Shown here in pieces: positions 15,293 through 23,379 of a stretch of 32,920 nucleotides of DNA. Under the pieces are notes generated by a model, which made no database searches, was not told the DNA's origin, and was given only the letters and a program-made list of their open reading frames with translations. The DNA comes from an uncultured Candidatus Saccharibacteria bacterium (GTDB taxonomy: Bacteria > Patescibacteriota > UBA1384 > JAGVHQ01). Position 1 is the stretch's first letter, and the number at the start of each line of letters is the position of its first letter. Location of the stretch: assembly GCA_964362865.1 (NCBI GenBank), contig CAYIGD010000003.1, positions 7,926 to 40,845 of the forward strand, read 5' to 3'. Both the position numbers and the translations under genes were made by a program.

Positions 15293-18200
15293 TCAGGAAC
15301 ACCCTGATGTGGAACCGCAATTCATACATTTGTAGCAGGTACCGTTGCGCACCATAATCGCGCCGCAGTCGGCGCAGCCGGGCGCGTCCGCATCGTTATT
15401 GAAGCTAAAGTTCAGTGCTTGTTTTTGCGCGCTGTCCTCGGGCTCAGCGGAAAGTAAACCTTGCTGAACGGGCGTCACGGGAGTTTCATTGCCAGTGTCT
15501 CTTTGCAGTAGTTTACCGGTCGGTGGATCAAACGTTGGAATCCGCTCCGCCTCGATTTTATCGGTGAGGGTCTTTGTCACACGCGTTTGCTCTTCAGTGA
15601 AGTTTACTCCTACTTGGCGTTGGTCCTCGATGCTCATAAAGCGCCATGCCATCCAACGAAAAATGTAATCAATCATTGATTTTGCGATCCGGATTTGGGG
15701 GTGATTCGTAAAACCGGCTGGTTCAAAGCGCATATGCGCAAACTTGTTGATAAAGGTGCGCAAGGGAACGCCGTACTGCAGTGCAATCGAAACCGCCGTG
15801 GCAAAGGCGTCCATCATCCCGGAAATCGTGCTCCCCTCTTTGCTCATCGTAATAAACAGCTCTCCCGGGGTGCCGTCTTCAAACAAACCGACGGTCAGGT
15901 AGCCCTTGTGGCCAGCGATGTTGAATTTATGCGTAATCGCGCGGCGCTCATCCGGCATCTTGTGGCGGAGCGGGCGGTAAATAATTTTCGTCTGTTCTTC
16001 GGCTTTTTCAACTTTATCTTTGGTAATGTTGAGCGGCTGGGAGTGTTTGGATCCATCGCGATACAAAGCGATTGCCTTGAGGCCCAGCTTCCAACCTTGC
16101 ATGTAAATTTCAGCCACTTCCTCAACGGTTGCGGCTTGCGGCATATTGACAGTTTTGGAAATCGCTCCTGAAATGAACGGCTGGGCCGCAGCCATCATCT
16201 TCACGTGCCCCATCGGGGCGATAAAGCGCGTGCCGTATTTTCCGCATTTGTTGGCGCAGTCAAAAACCGGTAAATGTTCGGCCTTAAGGTGCGGCGCGCC
16301 CTCCACGGTCCCCCGCCCGCAGATGATATCGGAGGCTTCCGCAATCTGCTCTTTTGTAAATCCAAGAGAGTGTAACAGCGAAAAATCTGTTTGCTTTGCT
16401 TGTTCGCTTAACCCTAAACGCTCCAGCGTTGCCTGCCCCAGGACCCAGGGCGCAAACGCCTGTTCCAATTCAAAGGTGAAGTGCAGCGCGCCTTCGATGG
16501 CGATCAAATCGTCTTGAGTTAACCCTTTTTCCGTCAGGGTTTGGGTGTTAATGTGCGGCGCGCCTTCCAAGCTCATGCTGCCGGTGGCGTAGCGCACGAT
16601 TTCTGCGACATGGCCTTCACTGTAGCCCAGGCGGCGTAAAGCTTCCGGGACGGATTGATTAACGATTTTAAAGAATCCGCCGCCCGCCAATTTTTTTAGT
16701 TTCACAAGCGCAAAATCTGGTTCGATTCCGGTTGTGTCGCAGTCCATTAAGAGACCAATCGTGCCGGTGGGGGCGATCACGGTTGCCTGGGCATTCCGGT
16801 AGCCGTATTGCTCCCCTGCTCGCAGTGCTTCGTCCCAGGCCTGCTGGGCGGCATTGAGCATGTCTGGCGGAGCGTCGTCAGGATTAAGGGCGTAGGCCGC
16901 GGCGCGGTGCTTGCGCATCACGCGCAAAAATGGTTTCTGATTTTTACCATATCCTGAGAAAGGTCCGATCCGCGCTGCAATCTCGGAGGATGTTTGATAC
17001 GCTTTGCCGGTTAAGACGGCAGTCAATGCCCCGGCAATCGCGCGCCCCTTATCGCTGTCATAGGGAATGCCCATCAGCATCAGCAGCGTCCCCAGGTTGG
17101 CGTACCCAAGCCCTAACGGGCGGTAATCATGCGAGTTTTGTCCAATTGTTTGCGTGGGGTAAGAGGAAAAATCCACCAGGATTTCCTGGGCGGTTGTGAT
17201 CACTTTAATCGTGTGGCGATAGCCGTCCATATCGAAGCCGCCGTCATCCAAGAGGTACTTGGCAAGATTGATTGAGGCCAAGTTGCAGGCCGAGTCATCG
17301 AGGAACATGTACTCCGAACAGGGGTTTGAGGCGTTGATGCGCTCCGTATTCGGGCACGTGTGCCAGGCGTTGATGGTCGTGTCGTACTGTATCCCCGGGT
17401 CGGCGCTGGCCCATGCCGCTTGGGCGATCATATTCCAGAGCTCACGCGCCTTGTAAGTTTCATGTACCTGCCCAGTTGTGCGGTATTTTGTTACCCAATC
17501 GTTATCATTCTTTACGGCATATATAAATTCATCCGTGACGCGTACGGAGTTGTTCGAGTTCTGGCCGGAAACGGTTTTATAGACTTCGCCGTTGAAGTCC
17601 GCAGGATAGCCGGCGGCAATCAGCGCCGCGGCTTTCTTTTCTTCGTGCACTTTCCAGTTGATAAAGTCTGTGATCTCTGGATGGTCCATATCTAAGATCA
17701 CCATCTTAGCCGCGCGTCGAGTAGTGCCCCCTGATTTTGTTGCCCCGGCTCCCCGGTCAAATACTTCCAAAAAGCTCATTACGCCCGAAGAAGTGCCGCC
17801 GCTGGAAAGCTTTTCAAATTTGGCGCGTAAAGGAGAAAAGTTAGAGCCGGTTCCAGAGCCATATTTAAATAACCGCGCCTCGGTTTTTACGAGTTCATAA
17901 ATCGAGTCTAAGTTATCGTGGACTTTTTGAATGAAGCACGCCGAGCACTGGGGGTGTTCATAGGCGTTTTTTGTTTCGCTCATTGCGTTTGCCTCAAAAT
18001 TCCAGTACCAACTCCTCCCTTGATCTTGGATTCCGTACTGGTGGTACAATCCGCAGTTAAACCAAACCGGTGAGTTGAAGGCTGCTTTTTGGTGGATGAG
18101 GACGTGAGCCAGTTCGGCCTCAAAGGTATCGGCTTCTTCGCCCTTTGCAAAATAACCCCCCATTTTTTCTCCAGCTTCCCGAATGGAATGCACAATGCGG

Positions 18201-18601
18201 TGTACTACCGCCCGAGCTCCGGTCTCATGTCCTGTTTTAGGTACTCCTGCTTTGCGAATGTATTTGAGGGCAAGAATGTCAGTTGCCAGCTGGCTCCAGC
18301 TTTTAGGCACCTCCAAATCGGGGAGCTCGTGCACCACATTCCCCTGCTCGTCCATAATTGCCGACGAACGCTGTTCCCACTCGATTTCATCGAAAGGGTT
18401 GCTCCCCACCGTGGTGAATCGGCGCGTAATCGGTTCCGACGCTGCGCTCGGAACTCCGGCCTCTGCGCTCGTGGGAGTCGCGGGTGTTTGGGTGGGCCGT
18501 TTTGGGCGGGCTGCTTTTGATCGAGGCTCAGCTCCAGCACGCTTCTTTTTCTCAAAGAGCTCTTGTCTGGTTTCGGCTGGTTGTTCGGAAACTGGACCCA
18601 C
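15293..18601 (-). CDS. nrdJ: Class II (adenosylcobalamin-dependent) ribonucleotide reductase
   Basis: 1102 aa. Active-site region ASNPCSEYMFLDDSACNLASINL, RNR barrel motifs, and a C-terminal Cys-rich tail CADCGAIMVRNGTCYKCMNCGSTSGCS. GTG start at 18601 sits 4 nt after AAGGAGG. Confidence 0.9.
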   Translation of the reverse strand: MGPVSEQPAETRQELFEKKKRAGAEPRSKAARPKRPTQTPATPTSAEAGVPSAASEPITRRFTTVGSNPFDEIEWEQRSSAIMDEQGNVVHELPDLEVPKSWSQLATDILALKYIRKAGVPKTGHETGARAVVHRIVHSIREAGEKMGGYFAKGEEADTFEAELAHVLIHQKAAFNSPVWFNCGLYHQYGIQDQGRSWYWNFEANAMSETKNAYEHPQCSACFIQKVHDNLDSIYELVKTEARLFKYGSGTGSNFSPLRAKFEKLSSGGTSSGVMSFLEVFDRGAGATKSGGTTRRAAKMVILDMDHPEITDFINWKVHEEKKAAALIAAGYPADFNGEVYKTVSGQNSNNSVRVTDEFIYAVKNDNDWVTKYRTTGQVHETYKARELWNMIAQAAWASADPGIQYDTTINAWHTCPNTERINASNPCSEYMFLDDSACNLASINLAKYLLDDGGFDMDGYRHTIKVITTAQEILVDFSSYPTQTIGQNSHDYRPLGLGYANLGTLLMLMGIPYDSDKGRAIAGALTAVLTGKAYQTSSEIAARIGPFSGYGKNQKPFLRVMRKHRAAAYALNPDDAPPDMLNAAQQAWDEALRAGEQYGYRNAQATVIAPTGTIGLLMDCDTTGIEPDFALVKLKKLAGGGFFKIVNQSVPEALRRLGYSEGHVAEIVRYATGSMSLEGAPHINTQTLTEKGLTQDDLIAIEGALHFTFELEQAFAPWVLGQATLERLGLSEQAKQTDFSLLHSLGFTKEQIAEASDIICGRGTVEGAPHLKAEHLPVFDCANKCGKYGTRFIAPMGHVKMMAAAQPFISGAISKTVNMPQAATVEEVAEIYMQGWKLGLKAIALYRDGSKHSQPLNITKDKVEKAEEQTKIIYRPLRHKMPDERRAITHKFNIAGHKGYLTVGLFEDGTPGELFITMSKEGSTISGMMDAFATAVSIALQYGVPLRTFINKFAHMRFEPAGFTNHPQIRIAKSMIDYIFRWMAWRFMSIEDQRQVGVNFTEEQTRVTKTLTDKIEAERIPTFDPPTGKLLQRDTGNETPVTPVQQGLLSAEPEDSAQKQALNFSFNNDADAPGCADCGAIMVRNGTCYKCMNCGSTSGCS

Positions 18602-18618
18602 GCGCCTCCTTTATGTAA

Positions 18619-18656
18619 GAGACTTTCGGACCCCTTCCTTGTGGCCCGAAAGTCTC
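18619..18656 (-). other. Intercistronic stem-loop between nrdR and nrdJ
   Basis: GAGACTTTCGG (18619-18629) and CCGAAAGTCTC (18646-18656) form an 11-bp perfect stem with a 16-nt loop. There is no U-tract; it is followed directly by the nrdJ SD. Confidence 0.7.
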
Positions 18657-18662
18657 GTCCCT

Positions 18663-19106
18663 TTATTTTTGTAACGCTTTTAATTCTTTTTCAAAAGCAT
18701 TCGCGCTTCGGAACGCTTTATACACCGACGCGAACCGCAGGTATGCAACCGTATCGACGGTACGCAGCTCTTGCATGACCAGCTCACCAATCACGCGCGA
18801 GCTGATAAAGTCATCGCCACGGTCGTAAAGCTGTTGTTCGATGGTCTTAACTATTCGGTGGATATCGGCAAGCGACAAGGGCCGTTTTTCAGCCGCTTTC
18901 GCGATTCCTTGGGCTATCTTCTCTTTCTGGAATGGGGCTTTGGAACCATTGCGTTTGACCACGATTAAGCGTGGCATTTCCAATCGTTCAAATGTAGTAA
19001 AGCGGTGTGCGCATTGCAGACACTCTCGCCGCCGCCGGATCGAGTGTTCGGTATCTTCACGGGAATCTATTACGCGCGTCTCGTTATGACATTTAGGACA
19101 CAGCAT
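18663..19106 (-). CDS. nrdR: Transcriptional repressor NrdR (Zn-ribbon + ATP-cone)
   Basis: MLCPKCHNETRVIDSRE...RRRRECLQCAHRFTTFERLE is followed by an ATP-cone sequence. It lies immediately upstream of nrdJ. Confidence 0.92.
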   Translation of the reverse strand: MLCPKCHNETRVIDSREDTEHSIRRRRECLQCAHRFTTFERLEMPRLIVVKRNGSKAPFQKEKIAQGIAKAAEKRPLSLADIHRIVKTIEQQLYDRGDDFISSRVIGELVMQELRTVDTVAYLRFASVYKAFRSANAFEKELKALQK

Positions 19107-19132
19107 GCGTTACCTTTTTTCTTTTTCTTTTA

Positions 19133-19181
19133 ACCCAATATATCGCGCTCGCCCATCTACCGTACCCCCAACATATAGTGG
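19133..19181. promoter_or_regulatory. Two tandem NrdR-box-like palindromes overlapping a TTGACA promoter element
   Basis: Box 1 is 19133-19148, accCAATATATCGcgc. Box 2 is 19166-19181, cccCAACATATAGTGg. The published NrdR-box consensus is acaCwAtATaTwGtgt. The boxes start 33 bp apart. A minus-strand TTGACA (19187-19182) abuts box 2. Confidence 0.55.
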
Positions 19182-19258
19182 TGTCAAATTGGCAGTTATC
19201 CACAGGATTTCCATTCCCAAAAAATGTATCGGAGGTTACTTCAGCTTTCTTATAAGTT

Positions 19259-19579
19259 TTATTTAATCAACCCCAAATGGCGCTCGACCTGAATCAGGCG
19301 CCCCTCAAAATCTAAGAGCTCCTCACGGGTGGCAAGGCGGTTCATCCGCGCGTGTAAATTTTCAACCGTTTTTCTTATGTGTTCCACATTTACTTCGAGG
19401 GTGTCGAGCCGCGCTGCCATATGGTCCAAACGCGCTTCAATCTGGAGAAACCGTTTTTCAAACCGTTTCTCCATTGCGTCAAATCGTTGATCAACCTTAG
19501 TAAATTTTTCCGTCATCTCCTGAAAACCGCGAGCGGTCATGGTGGCAAGATCGTCAAGTGTGATCGCGGACTTTTTCAT
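19259..19579 (-). CDS. Small hypothetical coiled-coil protein
   Basis: I prefer the start MKKSAITLDD at 19579, because the longer ORF to 19684 would read through the upstream terminator hairpin. It contains VDQRFDAMEKRFEKRF and heptad repeats. Confidence 0.5.
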   Translation of the reverse strand: MKKSAITLDDLATMTARGFQEMTEKFTKVDQRFDAMEKRFEKRFLQIEARLDHMAARLDTLEVNVEHIRKTVENLHARMNRLATREELLDFEGRLIQVERHLGLIK

Positions 19580-19612
19580 TATGTATGTATTGTAGCAAAC
19601 ACGCATGTATAC

Positions 19613-19638
19613 AAAAAAGGTCCCGAAAGACCTTTTTT
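19613..19638 (-). terminator. Bidirectional-type intrinsic terminator
   Basis: AAAAAAGGTC-ccgaaa-GACCTTTTTT, lying downstream of the 19832..20491 gene on the minus strand. Confidence 0.65.
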
Positions 19639-19831
19639 GTTTCTCTAAAAAAAGAAAAATCCCCCGCATTGGTGCTATAAACACCGGGCCGAGGACTTTT
19701 CACCACCAAGGTTAAACCAAATATTATGCGTTTGTCAAGAGTGATTTTGTGTTTGCTTCAGCTACGGTTTGTTTTATCTAGATACTAGAAAAGGATGAAA
19801 CAGGCGATATGTATGATGGATTTATCAAATA

Positions 19832-20491
19832 TTAGCAACTACCTGAGGTAACTTTTGAAAACATTGAATCTAATTGCGCCCCGTATCCGTCAGCTTTTCC
19901 GGCCCATTCTGAAGCAGTTCGAATATCCGAAGCAGCAAGATCATAGTACCCATTTGTAGCATCAAGGATCGCATCTCCAAGCCAATCTATTGTATAACCA
20001 ATCGCTTGGTCATATAAGTTGAGGGTACTCTTCGCTCCATTGAAGACAGTTATACATTTATTTACTTTTTCCAGTTCTGATTTTTTTGCATTCAATTCTG
20101 TTTGTGCTGCATTCAAATCAGACTTTGCTCGAGAAGCAGATGCTTCGGCGCTTTGTGCACGTGCGCCCTGTGCAGCGCTTTCTGCTTCAGCTTTATTTTT
20201 AGCATCTTCGACTTGTTTCTTACCTTCCTCTGTTTTGTTTAGACTTTCTTTCAATATTTCAAGTTCTTTCGCTGAATCTTCGAGGTCCTCATTTAATGAT
20301 CTAACTTGGTTTCTCTCCTCTCCGAGAGCTTTATTTGTGAAGCCGAGCCAAATTGAAAGTCCCGTAATTAAAACAACCGCCAAAATGGAGGCGGCAATAT
20401 AGATAATCGGATGTTTTTTGATCTCTTTGACTGCTCGATCAGGTAGGGCGAGCTCTAGCTCTTTTTCTACTTTATCTTCGGAGCTTTTCAT
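19832..20491 (-). CDS. Bitopic membrane coiled-coil protein, hypothetical (candidate divisome-associated)
   Basis: Short charged N-terminus, one TM (IIYIAASILAVVLITGLSIWLGF), about 100 aa of coiled coil, then a 70-aa C-terminal domain ending in Cys. It starts 28 nt after the ftsZ stop and is markedly AT-rich. Confidence 0.6.
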   Translation of the reverse strand: MKSSEDKVEKELELALPDRAVKEIKKHPIIYIAASILAVVLITGLSIWLGFTNKALGEERNQVRSLNEDLEDSAKELEILKESLNKTEEGKKQVEDAKNKAEAESAAQGARAQSAEASASRAKSDLNAAQTELNAKKSELEKVNKCITVFNGAKSTLNLYDQAIGYTIDWLGDAILDATNGYYDLAASDIRTASEWAGKADGYGAQLDSMFSKVTSGSC

Positions 20492-20519
20492 AAGCCCCCT
20501 TTCTTAAGGTGATATGCGT

Positions 20520-21662
20520 CTATTTCAACTTCCGGCGAATAAAGGCCGGTACCTCGAGTTCGTCTTCTTCGGTTTCCGGGGTCAAGGGCGTGGAAGGTGT
20601 TGCGGTGTGTCGTTCAACCTGCTCGAGGCTGCCGAGCGGCGTGAAGCTTGGTTTATTGAGCATGGCGGTTTCAGGCCGCATTGCTGGGCGTAAAGGTTTA
20701 GCTTCGACGGTCTCAAAGCCGGTCGCGATCACGGTGATTTTCACCTCGCCGGTCATTGCCTCATCCACGATTGCCCCGAAGATAATGTTGGCATCCGGAT
20801 CAGCCGCTTCGGTAATTGCTTTGGCCGCTTCGTCAATTTCGTACATCCCCATGTCTGGCCCGCCGGTGATGTTAAACAGAATTCCCTTGGCGCCGTCAAT
20901 TGAAAGTTCCAGAAGCGGCGAATCAATCGCGGCGCGGGCCGCTTCAATCGCGCGGTTATCCCCGGTCCCTCGCCCGATCCCCATCAAGGCCGAGCCGGCA
21001 TCCGCCATAATCGTGCGCACGTCCGCAAAGTCCACATTAATGATCCCATGCAAGGTGATGAGGTCGGAGATGCCCTGCACGCCTTGGCGCAAAACGTCGT
21101 CAACAATACCAAAGGCATCTTGCAGCGATGTTTTTTTGTCGATGACTTGCAAGAGGCGGTCGTTGGGGATCGTAATCAGGGTATCAACTTTGTCTTTCAG
21201 TTCTTCAATCCCCAAATCCCCTATTTTTTTGCGGCGCAAGCCCTCAAACGAGAACGGTTTGGTTACCACACCCACGGTCAGCGCTCCAAGCTCTTTGGCG
21301 ATCGAAGCCACCATCGGCCCGGCGCCCGTGCCGGTTCCCCCGCCCGCGCCGTATGTTACAAACACCATATCCGCGCCTTTGAGTACCTCGTAAATTTCTT
21401 CTTTGTCTTCTTCGACTGCTTTACGCCCGATTTCTACATCCGCTCCTGAGCCAAGCCCGCGAGTCGTTTCTTTGCCGATTTGGACCTTAATCTGGGCTTC
21501 GTTATGGACAAGCGCTTGAGCGTCGGTATTAATCGCGACAAATTCAATCCCTTTCAGGCGTGAAAGAATCATCCGGTTGACGGCATTGCCACCTGAACCA
21601 CCTACGCCAACAACTTTAATGTTAGCAAAGGTGTCAAACTCGGTCTGGTCCTTCATTGCCAC
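20520..21662 (-). CDS. ftsZ: Cell division GTPase FtsZ
   Basis: [17 protein letters not shown], tubulin signature [17 protein letters not shown], and the C-terminal peptide [11 protein letters not shown]. Confidence 0.97.
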   Translation of the reverse strand: MAMKDQTEFDTFANIKVVGVGGSGGNAVNRMILSRLKGIEFVAINTDAQALVHNEAQIKVQIGKETTRGLGSGADVEIGRKAVEEDKEEIYEVLKGADMVFVTYGAGGGTGTGAGPMVASIAKELGALTVGVVTKPFSFEGLRRKKIGDLGIEELKDKVDTLITIPNDRLLQVIDKKTSLQDAFGIVDDVLRQGVQGISDLITLHGIINVDFADVRTIMADAGSALMGIGRGTGDNRAIEAARAAIDSPLLELSIDGAKGILFNITGGPDMGMYEIDEAAKAITEAADPDANIIFGAIVDEAMTGEVKITVIATGFETVEAKPLRPAMRPETAMLNKPSFTPLGSLEQVERHTATPSTPLTPETEEDELEVPAFIRRKLK

Positions 21663-21683
21663 AGCATTCCATTCCGGAAGAGA

Positions 21684-22898
21684 TTAGGGGCGGAACTGTT
21701 TCAAAAAGTCCCACGCCCGGTCAACGACCCTTCCTAATTTCGGGATTGATAATCCGCTTGTTCGACGGGTAGGCACGGTGGTCGACTCCATCGCCCACAA
21801 CATTAATCCTGCAGCCGTAGTGTATTGGGGGTCGTCCAGCTTGTCAACCATGCCCGACAACTGGATCGTGGGTGTGCCAATTTGCGCCGGCAGCATCAAG
21901 GCCGTTTTTGCCAATTCCGCCACCCCTTCGATTTGGCTTCCGCCTCCGGTTAAGATTGCGCCGGCCGGCAGCATTCCATCCCGCCCCGCGGCCTTCAGCG
22001 CGTCCTTCACCATTCCCAGAATTTCGTTCAAACGGGCCTCAATGATTTCGGCCACGAACCGGCGTTGGACTTTGTGTTTTTCGCGCTCATCGATTTTACT
22101 AAGGTCAATCTGCTCGCTTTCGCGCACCTTGGCGGAGAGAGCATGCCCGAACTTTGTTTTAACCACTTCCGCGGTTTCAAGCAAGATGCGCAACCCAATC
22201 GCGATGTCGTTGGTGATGTGCATCGCGCCCACCGGAAAAACCTCGGCCGTCACGATATCGCCTTCTTCAAAGACCACCATACTCGTCGTGCCCGCCCCGA
22301 TATCAACGAGTACCACCCCAATTTCTTTTTGTTTTTTAGTCAGTAAAAGGTGGGATGTTGCCAACGGCGAAAATACCATTTCATTTACTTCGAGCCCGGC
22401 CTGAAACACGCTGCGGGAGAGGTTTTTGATGGCGGCTGAGGAGCACGTAATCAGGAGTGTTTCGACTTCCAGGCGTATGCCTTTCATGCCGGTCGGGTCT
22501 TTAATCCCCTCTTGCCCGTCTACGCTGTAGGAGCGCGGAATCACGTGCAAGACCTCGCGATTGGCGGGGATCGCCACGGCCCGCGCGGCATCGAGCACCC
22601 GCTCCATATCGGACGCTTGAATTTCGCCGTCGGCCCGCGAGACCGCGATCACGCCTTTTGAGGTTGAGATCGTGGTGTGGGCCCCGCCTACCGCGACCGT
22701 TGCCGAGGTAAGGGGCACGCCTGCGAGGCGCTCCGCTTCTTCAAGCGCGGCCGAGAGCGCGCTTACGGTTTCTTCGATATCAACAATAATGCCCTTGCGT
22801 AAGCCGGAATTGGGCACCAAGGCGCTGCCGATAATGTGGACTAAACCTTCTTGGACCGCACCAACGCAGACCGCCACTTTCGTGCTGCCCACGTCCAA
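21684..22898 (-). CDS. ftsA: Cell division protein FtsA (true start probably upstream, CTG at 22931)
   Basis: Actin-fold sequence LDVGSTKVAVCVG ... DIGAGTT ... LTGGGSQIEG. The track start TTG 22898 falls inside the first beta-strand motif (VGLDVGS); see the finding on this. Confidence 0.9.
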   Translation of the reverse strand: MDVGSTKVAVCVGAVQEGLVHIIGSALVPNSGLRKGIIVDIEETVSALSAALEEAERLAGVPLTSATVAVGGAHTTISTSKGVIAVSRADGEIQASDMERVLDAARAVAIPANREVLHVIPRSYSVDGQEGIKDPTGMKGIRLEVETLLITCSSAAIKNLSRSVFQAGLEVNEMVFSPLATSHLLLTKKQKEIGVVLVDIGAGTTSMVVFEEGDIVTAEVFPVGAMHITNDIAIGLRILLETAEVVKTKFGHALSAKVRESEQIDLSKIDEREKHKVQRRFVAEIIEARLNEILGMVKDALKAAGRDGMLPAGAILTGGGSQIEGVAELAKTALMLPAQIGTPTIQLSGMVDKLDDPQYTTAAGLMLWAMESTTVPTRRTSGLSIPKLGRVVDRAWDFLKQFRP

Positions 22899-23013
22899 TC
22901 CTACTGTTGGTGTGATTCCTGCTTTTGCCAGAGCTTCTCCTTTTAACTATCTACCACTCATTATAGTATCACGTGCCCTGTCCGTATCGTGACATCGAGC
23001 GCCCCGTCGAGGT

Positions 23014-23379
23014 TTACATCCTGCGATGATAATGCAGAAGGTTCTTCACCCCATGTATCAACAACTCCTTCCAATCATCCAGTGTCGAATCCCGGCCGAG
23101 TGTGCGCAGGTGATCTGTAGCGCTCACCACAATTGAGCCAAGGTGCACGACCGGTTCATTTCTTGTCGCTGTTGCCGTGGGGAATTCGAGGATGTCGGTG
23201 GATTCGTCTTTTTTTCGATAGGTTTGATTTAAATACCGCATTTCTTCAGGTTCGACAAACTTGATTTCAACGGCAATCGCCGCGTGGGAATGCCGGACAG
23301 TGCCTAAAGCGCGTTGAATCAGTTCTCGAGTCAGTCCTCCAGGGAGCGCGCCCACGATCTCCAGCTCAAACTGTGCCAT
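23014..23379 (-). CDS. ybeY: YbeY-like endoribonuclease (divergent metal-binding motif)
   Basis: FVEPEEMRYLNQTYRKKDESTDILEFP and LGSIVVS match YbeY. The C-terminus reads HGVKNLLHYH instead of HGxLHLxGYDH. The position after an HD-domain gene mirrors the yqfF-ybeY arrangement. Confidence 0.7.
   Translation of the reverse strand: MAQFELEIVGALPGGLTRELIQRALGTVRHSHAAIAVEIKFVEPEEMRYLNQTYRKKDESTDILEFPTATATRNEPVVHLGSIVVSATDHLRTLGRDSTLDDWKELLIHGVKNLLHYHRRM

Noticed and set aside
15293-18601. Possible intein in the long NrdJ
   Set aside because: The sequence is collinear with long class II RNRs through the active-site region NPCSEYMFLDDSACNLASINL. I saw no Cys/Ser-initiated insert ending in HN plus a nucleophile. 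The extra length comes from an N-terminal basic low-complexity tail and the C-terminal Cys-rich tail.
15695-18674. Several 70-160-aa ORFs on either strand within nrdJ
   Set aside because: They are alternative-frame or antisense shadows of a 1102-aa RNR whose frame is continuous and motif-complete.
20509-21393. 294-aa ORF on the plus strand
   Set aside because: It is entirely antisense to ftsZ, whose identity is unambiguous. The product is low-complexity and Ser/Ala/Pro-rich, which is the typical shadow ORF of a GC-rich gene.
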